Assembly (NCBI GenBank): GCA_001179505.1
Contig: CDMY01000248.1
Location: 62,001 to 126,000 of the forward strand
Reading direction: 5' to 3'
Source: Vitrella brassicaformis CCMP3155
Taxonomy: Eukaryota; Protista; Chromerida
DNA: 64,000 bases
A model generated the notes under the pieces. It ran no database searches. It was not told the DNA's origin and saw nothing but the letters and a program-made list of their open reading frames with translations. The translations under genes and the position numbers were made by a program. Below, in pieces: positions 14,497 to 26,600 of this stretch; the first letter of the stretch is position 1; the number at the start of each line of letters is the position of its first letter.

Positions 14497-15374
14497 CTAT
14501 TCGTCGTCGTTGCGGTTGAGGTTGGCGCTGTTGAACATCTGCTGCGCCGCCCCCGCCACGAGCCCCGCCGCGATGATGCCTGTGGCCACCATGGCCGCCG
14601 CGGCCGCCGTGGCCTTGCTGGCCTGGCCGGCCTTCTCGGCGATCTTGGCGAGCTGCTTGCCGCCGTTGGCGTTGCCCCTGAGGATGGCCGTGTAGGGCCC
14701 CACAGAGTCGCCCGCCTCGACCAGCGCCTTGTGTGTGTCGTCGCAGATGGGGAAACGCTTCGACTGCCAGCAGCGGCAGATGCGGATCTTCTTGTCGGGG
14801 CCGCCGGGTGGTGGGTAGGTCTCGATGACGTGGTGGTAGTCGTTGTAGTCGAGCACATTGGGGTCGACCTTCTCGAAGTTCTGGAGGGGGTCCATGGGGT
14901 AGTAGTTGTCGGGCAGCTTGGTCGGGGCCTTCTTCTCCATCTGGTTCTGGAAGTAGGTGGTGACGCCGCCCAGGTCCTTGCGCACCTCGAGGAGGCACGG
15001 CCCGATCTTGGCGCCCTGCATACAGAGGGCGCCGTGTGACTGGTCGCAGAGGGGGAACTTGTCGCTCTTGTAGCAGCGGCAGACGAGGAACTTGCGGGAG
15101 TTGAGCATGTGCTGGTCGGGCGTCCACACCTCGTAGTGCTCGATGTCGTACTTCTTGTCGTGCGGGCGCATGTTCCAGTTGTCGCCCTCGTGCCGGGGCA
15201 GGTCGTGGTAGTGACTCGTCAACATTCCTCCCTGACAGACAGAGTCAGACAGACAGACAGGCAGACAGGGAATACACAGCACACACAAAGGAAGCGTCAG
15301 GTGTGTGTCAACACACAAGCGGCCCTGACTCTGCCGTGGGCGGTGCGTGCGCAAGTGCGTGTGGTGCTCACCAT
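14497..15374 (-). CDS. Tandem CDGSH iron-sulfur domain protein (mitoNEET/CISD-like); first coding exon is ATG only
   Basis: Two [2Fe-2S] motifs, CRCYKSDKFPLCDQSH and CRCWQSKRFPICDDTH, each followed by GxxxGP. ATG(15374-15372)|GTGAGC intron to TGTCAG|GGA at 15231. Hydrophobic C-terminal segment. Confidence 0.88.
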
Positions 15375-15503
15375 CTTTGACACACCAACACTACAGAAAG
15401 AGGGGCTTCCTGCCGACTCTGTTATGCGCTACAAAAATCACACGAATCGACCGACGACTGAACCAGGCAGCCGCCCCTCGCCCAAACAGCGGAAATCAGC
15501 CAA

Positions 15504-15537
15504 TCCGGTGCGAGCTTCCAGTCTCCGGTGCGAGCTT
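15504..15537. promoter_or_regulatory. Direct repeat TCCGGTGCGAGCTT x2 in the bidirectional CDGSH/cytochrome b561 spacer
   Basis: Exact 14-mer at 15504-15517 and 15524-15537. The same core recurs in other divergent spacers. Confidence 0.55.
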
Positions 15538-15721
15538 AGCGGCAGAGGTTTCTTCGTCTCTTGTTCGGGACCTTCGGGGCGCTCAGGTGAGGGATCAACA
15601 CAGAAGCAGCAGGAGAAAACGAAACATCGTTGGGAAAGTTGCGCCCTGGTGTTTTCTCTCGGTGGCTGTGTGTGCAGGTTCGCATAGAGAAACCGGCGTT
15701 GATTTTTGGAAGCTGCTGAGG

Positions 15722-16510
15722 ATGTTTCGAGGGAGCGTGTTCCGGTCGTCCCTTCTGCGCCCCCTGGGCACGTCACTTGCCCTGCAGTCACAGCACCAGC
15801 TGACGCCGCAGGCCGCCCGGTCGTTTGTGAGCGTGTCCCGCCCCTCATTCAGCCTGCTCACCACCACGGCGCGCAGTGCAGTGACGCAGGAGGCCAAGAC
15901 CACCCTGGCCCGGCACACGCAGAAGCGCACATCAGCGGCCATGGCGGAGGCGGCGGAGGGCGGCCACCACCTGGATTTGGGGAGCTACAACAACGCGATC
16001 AAGTGGATCCACTGGACCATGGCGGCCGGTATCGGCATCTGCTTCGTGTCGGTGCAGGCGGCGTACCTGTCTGAGGGCAGCACCAAGGAGGTGATCATGA
16101 ACATCCACAACAGCGTCGGCATCCTCATGGGCGGCACCGTCCTCGCCCGCCTGCTCGTCCGCGGATTCACCACCGCCCCCCCACACGTCCCAGGCAACAT
16201 GCTCGAGACCTACGGGGCCATCGCCGGCCACTGGGCGCTGTACGCCTTCATGCTGTTCATGCCTTTGACGGGCATCGGCATGTACTACCTGGGCGGTGCG
16301 GACGTGCCCTTCTTCAACCTCAAGTTCCCCGGCCTGGCCAACCCGGACAAGGAGCGCATGACGTGGGCCAAGGAGTGCTTCAAGAAGCACAAGCTGGTGG
16401 GGGAGGCGTTCCAGTACCTGGTGGGCATCCACATGGGGGCGGCGGGGTACCACCTGCTCAAGGGACACAACGTCATGAGACGCGTCAACCCACTCGTCGC
16501 CGCCGTCTAG
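15722..16510 (+). CDS. Prokaryote-type di-heme cytochrome b561 (CybB/YceJ, Ni_hydr_CYTB family) with a probable mitochondrial presequence; intronless CDS
   Basis: Four TM helices with conserved His residues (WIHWTMA, IHNSVG, GHWALY, KHKLVG, GIHMGAAGYH). The ~75-aa N-terminal extension is rich in S/R/L/A/T and poor in acidic residues. Confidence 0.85.
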   Translation: MFRGSVFRSSLLRPLGTSLALQSQHQLTPQAARSFVSVSRPSFSLLTTTARSAVTQEAKTTLARHTQKRTSAAMAEAAEGGHHLDLGSYNNAIKWIHWTMAAGIGICFVSVQAAYLSEGSTKEVIMNIHNSVGILMGGTVLARLLVRGFTTAPPHVPGNMLETYGAIAGHWALYAFMLFMPLTGIGMYYLGGADVPFFNLKFPGLANPDKERMTWAKECFKKHKLVGEAFQYLVGIHMGAAGYHLLKGHNVMRRVNPLVAAV

Positions 16511-18132
16511 ACACACAGACAGACACATCACATCACATGCACAGATAGGTGGGTGGGGGTGTGTGTGGGGCGATGACTGAGTGAGTGTCTCTCGATGATT
16601 CAGCACGGTCGGTTTTGAATGGGTGAATGGCTGGCTGGCTACGTGACGCGGCTGGCTGGCTGGTAGAGAGGGAAGTGCAGTTTTCTTTCGCCTGGTGCTG
16701 GTTGGTTGGTTGGCTGATCGGTCGATCGGTCAGCTGTATGTAGGCTTGCTTTCTTCTGCGTACATACCATGTTTGATGGGATGGGATGGGTGGAATGTTT
16801 GAATATGACTGCCTGCCTGCCTGCCTGACCTCTCTCTGTACATATCACATCGTCCGGTCCCTATCCACCCACACCACTATCATGAGTGAGTGAGGCACAC
16901 AACGTACAGACAGACAGACAGACAGACAGACACGTCTTTCTTGCGGCTGGTATTTGCCGATGATCGACAACACAGATAAACAGATAAAGAGATAGATGAG
17001 GCCGCGTAAAAGCCCAAGAGACAGACAGATAGAGAATTGCGTTTCTTGCAACTACGGACAGACAGACAGACAGACACAGACAGACAGACACTTGCCTTGC
17101 GTCGCAAATATAGCAGCATTCCATTCATTCAAGTCGTTTTCCTGCGTGGGTGCGTGTTGTGTTGTGTTGTGCCTGCATGGCGTCTGTCCGTCCGTCTGAG
17201 TAAGTGTGTGGCCTGTTGCGGACGTGCAGAAGCGAAGCGAGAGAGGCGCGATCTGTCCATCTGCCTTTGCTGCGCCGCCACACACATGACTAACCACACC
17301 CACACACACAAATGAATGCACCCTTCACACAGTTTTGGCTGGCTGCCGGGCCTGCGTGTGTGTTTGATTGCCTGCCTGCCTGCAGCATGTGTGTGTGTGT
17401 TGGTCGGTCTGGCTGCCTTACTCGTACGTATTTGTCTCCCTCCTCATCCCATTGCGAAGCATTGTGGAATGGCTGCCGGTGCGCAATGCAATGTGTGCGT
17501 GTGTGTGTGTGTGTGGAATGTTTGCCGTGCCGTGCCGTGAGGTGGGTCAGGTCAGTCATTAGTTCCGGTAGAGATACATACATACATGATATCCACGTGA
17601 GAGCGTGTGTGCATCCATCCAGCCATCATCTATCCACCCAGCCAGCCATCAGTGAGTGATACATGAGTGCCGGACGGACCGAGTGGACCTCTTCGTGCAT
17701 GTCTGTCTGTATCACTGTCTGCCTGCCTGCCTGCGTACCTACGAATCGAATGAAGGTTTGTTTCCTTCCACATACAAATGTGTCGGTAGGCAAAAGTCAC
17801 CCGTGCACACACATACGTATACACAAACATACACCAGTCAGTGCACTCATCAATCGCGATTCACGAGTTACTCACTCGATCAGCTGACTGACAAATACCC
17901 GCTGAAACAAAATCCATCCACTTGCACCACACAACGCGCAACCAATGCCCACGGTCAGAAAAAGAACAAAAGCGACGGATGTGATGAAACACAACATAAA
18001 ACACCACACGACGTCACGACTGTGATTGCCAAACACACACACATTATATTGTCAGTCAGCCAGCCCACATGCATAGAAAAAGTGCCCTCCCAGCCAACAC
18101 ACCACGGCTGTCTCATAGCTGGCCACTGTCAG

Positions 18133-21100
18133 TCAGCATCTCCATGTGGCCGAGACGCTGGTGCTGCCGGGCGTAAACACCTTGCTGACGGCGCCCTGCA
18201 TCAGGACACACTCCTGGGGCGAGGAATACCGATACGTCACCCCACTGCAGGCGGCCCAGCTCATGTTCTCAGCCGCGCATAAAGAGGCACATTCTTCTCG
18301 TGACGCCACGCCCTTGACGGTCTGCAGGGGCGAGCCCCGCAACTCGTAGCCCGCTGTAGTGCACACACAGTGGGAAGGGAGAGTGAGACATGGTTGTCGG
18401 TGAGTTGTGTGTTGCCTACCTTTGCCCGTTCTGCATGTTTTGAAGCCGGCTGTGAGTCCCTTGTTGGGCTTGTACCTCCGCACACAGCCACCTATCTCGA
18501 AGGTAGCATCCGTCTCCGAGCGGCCGCCGCGGTGCGTGGGCCCGGCCTTGAGCAGACACCGGCGGTCCATATCCACCCCGCCATCCGCTCTCTGCTGCGG
18601 CTGTTTCCGCCCGTATAGATAGCCAGACGCTATCTTCACGGCCCTCTCCTCCATCATCAGTGCGGTGGCTCTCTCTTCCAAGTCACTGGCCGCATTCTGC
18701 TGCCGGTCGGATGCTGCTAGCGTCGTCTCGCCGCCTACTGTATGGTTGGACTGCCATTGGCGCATCTCCTCCCGCCACTGCTTGACCTCCTCACGCCACT
18801 GCCGAACCTCCTCTACCAGCAGAGTGGAGTCGTTGGCAGCTCCCAGCCGTCTGGTGTGTGGGAGGGCGCCCTGCGTGTGGAGGGTCTCTGACGGCAGCTC
18901 CTGAAAGGTGAATGCCTCGCACTGCGGCTCGTCCATGCACTCGACCCAGCAGTCAGCGAGGCTGGATGGCGGGGGGGACACCTCACGGATGAGGGGGGTC
19001 TCATAGTCATAGTCTGGCTCATAGATGACGCACTCTGACACACACATCGACACACAATTGGGTGGTGCGATGTGTGGGGGGTTCCTGACATATATATACC
19101 TGGTCTGTGTGGGCTGCACAGGTTGATACCTGCGGTCGCCGTGCCGTCCGGATTGGCCCCCTGCAGGTCATCCACTTGTGTGAGCAGCTCACACCCGTCT
19201 GCTGGGGAAAAGTTGAACGCCCCGCACTGTGAGTCCTCATGACACGCACGCCAGCAGTCGTCTGACGTCGCTGCTTCGTCGACGGTGAGCAGAACGTCGC
19301 CCTCGAGGACGGTGTCGGGCTTGTGCAGCACACAGACTGAAGGAAGGGGAAAGAACGTCGACGTGGGGGCATGTCATGTCGAGCCACAGGCGTACCGTAC
19401 CTGAGCATGTGTCGTCTGTATGTGGTGACTTTGTGCGTGTGTAGATGCGTATGTGGTTGATGTCCCAATAGATCTCCTGCAGCTGGTGGGGATTCTTCCT
19501 CACAAACTCCTTGCAGTCAGGACCTGAATACACACGCACACACACCGACATAGCGTCTCACTCTCTCCCCCATAATGATTGGCGTGGCCTGTCGTGGCGT
19601 GCCTGCCGTCTTGAGGCACTGCTCAGTCCATAAGGGCTCGTACTCCGCCCAGTAGCCGCACAGTGCCGTGTTGAGTATGACGCTCTGCAGACGGAAGTGG
19701 TCGAATCCCGGGCAGTTGTCCTTGAGAGGGTAGTAAGCCGTCGGCCGCTTCCAGCTGTCAGGATTGGGCACCCTGCATACGCACGCAGACACACCGCCAG
19801 TCGACTGTGTGCCTCCCGGGTTCACTTGACCCACCCTTCAGTGAGGTCTGCAGGTGCCTCGTCCCTGCGAAAGAACCAGTGCCTGATGTGCCTCTCTGGG
19901 TCGAGCTCCATGACATAGTGGCCGCCGCCAGCACCATTGAATGCCGGGCCGAAGTTCTCTTCATCCGACATGACGGGGCAGCCCTGGTTGTCGGGCTGGT
20001 GCGGATGGCGGTCGTCGCAGCTGCGGGATGGCTGCTCTGAGGAAAAGGGGGCGGGGCAGAGCACAAAGATTCGTGACGGCTTTGAGGATGAATGTGAGGA
20101 TTGTCGCTAACTGGCGCCGTCGACGTATCGCTCTGAGGCCGCCCAGATGCCCGTCATGAGTGTTTGGTCGGTGTCGGACATGGAGCAGCTCTCCAAGGCG
20201 TGCCCGCCGCAATGGTTCATTGTCAGATTGTTGACGCCTGTGTGCACACGCAACAGACAGACAGATGGGTGTGTGGCCAGGCCAGATGCAGGAAGGAAGC
20301 CAGAATCGCCACCTCTTTCCTTACCTTCAATGACGTCGATTTCGCCAGTGGCGGGCCCGTCAGGGCCATGCATCCAGAGGGCGGGAAAGGCACCACAGCC
20401 AGATGGGCTGTGGTTCACATCGATGACGAACAATCCCTGACGCGCAGAGAAGGACACAAGCGGGCGAAAGGACAAGGCGCACGGGAGCAGTCTCGTGGAC
20501 CTGACTGACCTCGCTGAATTGTTGTTTGGATGCGATGCTGACGGAGTCGCGCCCCCTGGAGCTCTTAAAGGGGATGGTCTTGACGTCAGGGCGGATGATG
20601 GTGCGGCCGTCATCGGTCGTGTACATGAGCTCCTTGGACACCGCAACCGATCGGCTGGACAGAAAGGAAACACACACCCGAGCCACGCGGGCTGTGACAC
20701 CGTGGTGCCGCTGCGTTCCTGTCAGGCATACTTGACGTAGTTGGTGAATCCGCCCGTGGGATCGTCGCCCGTGTAGAAGTCGAAGAGCTTTTCATCCAGA
20801 AACGATTCGCCCTGCCACTCGGTTTCCAGCTCGTAGGGGCCAGAGCAGCCAGGCAGCCGACCGGCCTTCAGGTAGCCTACACACACACACCACAAAGTCG
20901 AGACACAAACGGCTGTCGTTCTTTCTCAGCACCTACCAGAGATGCACGGCGGCGCCGGCTTGTCCTTGCAGAACACCCCCTCTGCACGGATGTTCCACCC
21001 GCAGCACGTGGCCGCACCGAAAGTCGCGTTCTTGCTGAATGTGCTGAGTGCACATCCCGCCCCGCCGCACTGTCCGCAGCCGGCAGGGCAGCAAACTCCT

Positions 21101-22050
21101 GACTCCCAGTTGTAGAGGCCGCCCAGGCGGCTGCAGAATTGGGCGGGAGGCTCCAAACCTGACGCACACGAACAGAGAGCAGAGTGACTGGGGGACATCA
21201 CTTGATCATTCCACTTACAATAGCTGGGTCCCGACACGAGGTGGGTGTTAGCAGCATTGTGGCGCCCCGCTGCGCCGCGGTAGAGTGTGCAGGCCCGTGT
21301 GTGGGGGTCCCATGCGAAGACCCTGCAGCCTGGTGTCTGCCGACATCGCTCCTGACACCCAGGTGCATCGTCAGTCGTGCGAGGTTTGTCGTCAAGTGGC
21401 TTGGTGCTATAGTCCACCCCTGTCTCGTAGCACGCTGACCAGAGACAGACAGAGAGGCACACTGCACTCGTGTGTTTGTCGATGTAATAGGCGTGCATCA
21501 TTAATATGATGCTATGCTTATTTGCCTACTTACTGTCGTAACACGACGCAGGCCCCGACACGATGGCCATGCCCTCCTTCCTCTTCGTTGCCCTCTTCCC
21601 GGCCTTGAGGGCGCAGTTGCTCTTCGCCTTCTGTGCCCTGTAGGTGAAGAAATGGCACCTCGGATTCTTGGCGCAGAGCTCCTGGCAGGCAATGGTGCTC
21701 GCCACACGGTCGTGAGTTGCGATTATGCGCCCCTTGAACTGAACTCCACCCTCGAAACAGCCTGATCGACATGGGCGAGACGCACGAGCAGAGGATGCAC
21801 CTGTGCTGTGTGTGTGCCTGATATGAGTGCGCTGCTGACCCTTCACCTCCATATCTCGCTGCGCCTCGGACGGAGGTGTCATGGGCTGAATAGCTCCTCC
21901 TGCCTGTGCAAGTTTGCTGCCGCGACGGCTTGGGAAGCTCCTGGAGTCCAGCCGGCAGTCCCTGCCGCCGTCGCACGCTTCCCGCAGCAGCCCACTGCCC
22001 CCGGCGGCGTGGCCAAGAAGGATCCCCAGCAGCGAAACTGCCCTGATCAT
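18133..22050 (-). CDS. Secreted multidomain protein: several PAN/apple domains flanking a GH16 (Lam16A-like beta-1,3(4)-glucanase) domain; multi-exon
   Basis: Signal peptide MIRAVSLLGILLG. PAN motifs CQELCAKNPRCHFFTY, CQERCRQTPGCRVFAW, CWRACHEDSQCGAFNF, CWVECMDEPQCEAFTF and CASLCAAE. GH16 motifs FPALWM, GEIDVIEG, FNGAGGGHY, PNPDSWKRP and NTALCGYWA. Confidence 0.88.
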
Positions 22051-22114
22051 TTCTGTACTATTATTTCAGCTGTTCCTGCGAGCCAGACTTGCACACCTCT
22101 CGATTTTCACCTTT

Positions 22115-23252
22115 ATGATGAAGCGTGAGGCGGAGCCGTCGTTCGAGGGCGGTTCCCTCAAGCGGCCATGCACGGCAGAGGAGGTGGAGAAGCTCATCGA
22201 CACCATCGCCGAACACAAGGTGAGAAGATGATGTACTGCACACAACCGATTCCAGCAGGCAGGCAGGCAGGGAGAGATCCACGCATCCCTTTGTGCATCT
22301 GCCCGTCTATCCATCGGCTGCCTGATCTGATCTGTCTGAGTGTCTGTGCAGCGTCGCGAGTACGTGTACATCGCCCGAGCTGTCGAGCATGAGCGGGAGA
22401 TCCACAAGGAGCGGACGCAGCTGCAGCACTGGCGCGACACCCACGAGACCCAGGATGGCCACCTCAAGAGCGTCCTCATCGACCCCTTCGTCAACATGGA
22501 GATCAAGCTGCAGAGGGAGAGGCTCCTCGACAAGGAGGAGCGCATCCGGGTGCTCGAGGAGGAGCTGCAGGCCAAACAGTTCGACCAGAAGGATCCGTAA
22601 GCATCTACGCAGCAGGGCGGGCATGCCATGGCTGGGAGGTTCGGAGTGTGTGTGCTCGTGCGTGTTTGTGTGGTTGATGTGCAGGGTGACGGGGAAGCGG
22701 CTGATCAACAAGCTGAGGACGTTGAAGGACGAGAACGCTGACCTGGGCAAGACGCAGGCCGAGGGGACGCTGCAGGTGCTCGAGATGAGACTGGGCATTC
22801 TGCAGAAACAAAACCAGCTACTCAGGAACAAATGCAAGTGAGGCAGTCAGTCAGTCAGCAGTCTATCGAATCGACCATCCATCGCTGCTGCCTTCGTCCA
22901 TCTGTGTCTTTGTGTGTATGTGTGTGTGTGCGTCAGGGAGCAGATTCAGTTTATGCAGTGTCTGGACGAGGAGAACGAGACCATGCAGAACAGCCTCAAC
23001 CAAAGAGCTGCGCAGCTCCAGGTAGCAAAGGCACACTCTGCCGCTGTCAACGCCTGCCTGAGCTAGTGTGTGTCTGTGTGTCAGGCTGAGCGCACCCGCA
23101 GCGCGGATCTGGAGCGTCGTTTGGCCGAGGCCGAGGCCACGATAGCCCAGCTTCGGGGGGGCGGGAGAGGTGGGGGTGGAGGCGGCGTGGGAGGGGACGG
23201 CGATGGAGGCTATGTGGCCGACAGAGATGCGATCATGACAGGAGAGGCATAG
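22115..23252 (+). CDS. WTAP: WTAP/FIP37/Mum2 family m6A-writer regulatory subunit; 5 exons
   Basis: LIDPFVNMEI...LQAKQFDQKDP|VTGKRLINKLRTLKDENADLG matches the WTAP core (LDPAxN...F...GKxLmxKCRxLxxENeELG). Coiled-coil C-terminus. Confidence 0.8.
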
Positions 23253-23698
23253 CTGGGTGTATGCACATGCACGGCTGCGGATGGCTTGCGTGGCGTCAAA
23301 GGCCTCGTGACGTTTTGACTGCGTGTGCTTGAAATCCGCCACGATGTGCTTCTTGGTGGTGGCCAGCACGTGACCACACGAAGAAGAACGTCGAGGTCTG
23401 CTTCAAGGAGATGCAGAGTGTTGTGCAGCAGTGGCTGCAGCGGCCGGACGTGTGTGCACTCAGCCGGACGACTTGCGGTCCATCTGACTGTCTGACTCAG
23501 CTCCATGCGTTTCCTAAAGTGTGCACCTCCGATTCATGAGTGAATGATTCATGGAAGAGGTTCGTGTGCAATTCTAGTGTTCGTGTGTCCACTGAGAGGC
23601 CGGCATCACTGGTGGTGGTTAAGGGTAGGATTATCCGTACAATTTTTGAGGGTGAGCTGTGAGCGTTGTCGTCCTTCGGCCAAGCCAAGCAGGGTGAG

Positions 23699-26600
23699 AT
23701 GTCGGCATACATTCGCGAGAACCGCATAAGTTTCGTCGAGAGTCTCGTGACGGCGTCGGCCGAGAAACTTATGCGGTAAGTCCGCCGGGGCCAATTGGCC
23801 GGGGCATATGGCTCGTGGTGGCGTTGTGCACAACCTGTTGCGTTGGTCTGCCTGACACGATATTTGACGATTCGGGTATGTACGCTTGGTGCGGAGGGAG
23901 ATGAGATGCGGGTCTCTTGTGGTGTGTACAGATGTATGCGTGTGTGCCCTCAGCGGGGTTGCGTGAGCTGACGGTTCGACTTTCGACCGCATCCCCTGCG
24001 GAGCAACGAGCCTTCATCCTCGACCTCTTCACCCGGGTGGCGGACATGTCGACTCAGCAGCAGCACCGAGCCAAGGCCGCCGTTCAGCTCGGCTCGATCA
24101 TCGAGAATCACTTGTGCTCCGAGGTCGTGGATGAGGTGTTCGACGAGCAGGCCAGCACAGGGTCGCTGCACCACTTCCTCAGCTCAGTCCTGGCCCTCCT
24201 CCCACCCCCACCGCACGGCAGCGAGACCGACACGAGCTGGCCCCAGCACTTCAGCGCCACTTGCTTCGTGGCGTGTGCGGCGCTCAGGAGTGCCAACGCA
24301 CAGAAGGGGCCCAGCGTGCGGGGCCTTCACGCCCACCTGCTGACCCACAGCCGCGATGCACTGGACCTCATCGAAGAGGCCACTTCGAGCAGGTAGGTCG
24401 GCCCTGCCAGACCACACACACAGCAGTCACAGCGTCACTTCTTTGGTTGACTGCAGTGAAGCGATGGTGCGTTCCGTCGCGGTTCAGGTCCTGCAAGCGT
24501 TTGTGCAGGACCTGGAGCCAGCTGCAGGTCTAGTGTCGCTGCGGCTGTCGGGCTTCTACCACTTGTCGCAGTGCATCTTCGGGGCGCTTGAGAACGGACT
24601 CAGCCTCCCCTTGCGGATGCACATGCTGATGGTGCACTGCGGCGCGGTGGAGCCCTACATCAAGTGTGTACTTGGCACAGGTGCGTGTCTCGTGCCCAAT
24701 CACACTCTCACCCATGTGTCTGCCTGCCTGGGTCCATGTGCGTCTGACGGCCTATGTCATGGATGTATGCAGAGCCGACCAGCGAGGCCGTCCATGCGGT
24801 GCTGCGTGCACTCCAGAAGCACTGCTTCCCCCATGTGGCGACCCTCGTCAACACGGCGCTCTCCAGCACGGCCCCAGCTACCACTCAGTGGGCCGCGTGG
24901 ATGATCCTAGGATGCATCAGCATATACGTCTACATGCTGCTGACGGCCGGATGCGCCTCTCCAGGTCGGTACCTAGTTCAGGACAAACTCATGGCAGGCA
25001 TCATTGCACAATGTTGTGTGCGTACGTGCAGACGTGCAATCGAGTGTGCTCGAGGCCTGTGGGCCCTTTGTCGACGAGGTGACGCAACCGGCCTTCCTCG
25101 GCGCCGTGGTGAAGGCCCTCAACAGCCGCAGTAACCGCGTTTCCGGATTCAGCCAGAACCTACAGCTCACTTTGGTGACCAATATTCCCCTCCTGTCATT
25201 CTGTGCTGTCGGTAAGCTGCACGAACCACTCCCAAAGACCAGCTGCCCACCGATCTGTCTTTCTTTGTGTGTGCCTGCAGACAAGGCCGGTGTCATCGAG
25301 TCGGGTTTGTCTGCGGCATTGGCAGCTCTCATGACCGACGACGGCGTCATGCGAGATTCGCACGGCCCGTTGGCGGCTTTGCATCTGACGGCTGCCGCAG
25401 TAGGAGTCGTGGACCACTGGCCGAAGGTGGGCTAGCGCATGAGTGGCAGCTGAGGCGATAACCTGTCTGTATGTCGTTGGTTTGTCCTGTCAGGTTGCCG
25501 CTGCCGAGGGGTTCGCGACTGCCGTGTGCAGAATGCTGCTCGGGCTGCTGAGAGGCCGCCGCGATCCCGGTGATGACACGATCGAGGGTGACGTGGTCAA
25601 CAACGTATGTAAGACTCTGAAGCGCCTTGTCAGGTGTGTCAAGTGACCCACCATCTATGTCGCCGATGTGTCTGTCCATCCATCTGTATCGTGCCTGCCT
25701 CTGTGCAGCTATGGCGACGATGTGATGGAGCGTAGAGGCGAGACGCAGAACCACATCGCACGACAGATTCTCCAGGTCAGTCAGTAAGACAAGTTTGCCA
25801 TACTATCGTGGATGGCTTTCTTCTCCTTGTGATGTGTCCAGGAGGGCTCTGTCAAGACGATGCGCGACGAGAACACCGCAAAACGACTCAACGTGCCCAA
25901 GCAGGTCGCACACACAAACGCTGATACACATGCGACCGCTGCTCACTTTGGCTGCTTGTCATGCAGATCTTGGACTTGTTTGACCGCATCGAGAAGGCGG
26001 AGACCGACCGGTATGAGAAGGCCATAGAGGCCGAGTTCGACGACACTCCTTCGACCGCCCCCACCCCAGCCAACACCGCCGCCACCACCAAGAAGGGCAA
26101 GAAGGCCGGCAGCAAGAAGAAGAAGGGCAAGGGCAAGGGCAAGACCAGGCCAGGAGGGGCCAACACTTCGTCGGGTCTGTCGCCAGTCGCACCCGTCGAC
26201 CACGATGGGTACGCAGGCAGCGAGGGGAGGGAGGGAGGCAGCCGCCCGGCACACGCACTGCATGACATGTGTCATGACGTGTGTGTCTTGTCCACTCAGC
26301 TGTGATGCGTCTGAGCGTGTAGAGACCGTGGCGGCAAAGGAGGAAACGTCCGAGGGCGAGCACCCGGCAAAATCGACACCCGACAAAAGCGACGGGTATA
26401 GAGGGGCGGCTACACACGATGGATACGGCACGAACCGAGATTCCCCCAGTGCCATTCCCTGACCTGTCTGTCTGTCTGTCTGCCCTTCCCTCGTTCAGGC
26501 AGCCGAGCGTGCCGTCAACTGTTGTGTGTGCTGAGGGCATCGACGACGATGACCAGTTCATCACTGTCACACACAGAAAGAAGGCCAACAAGACCAAGAC

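Noticed and set aside
23330-23540. Coding-like stretch KNVEVCFKEMQSVVQQWLQRP between WTAP and the helical/RING gene
   Set aside because: No start or convincing splice context and no recognisable motif; cannot be supported.
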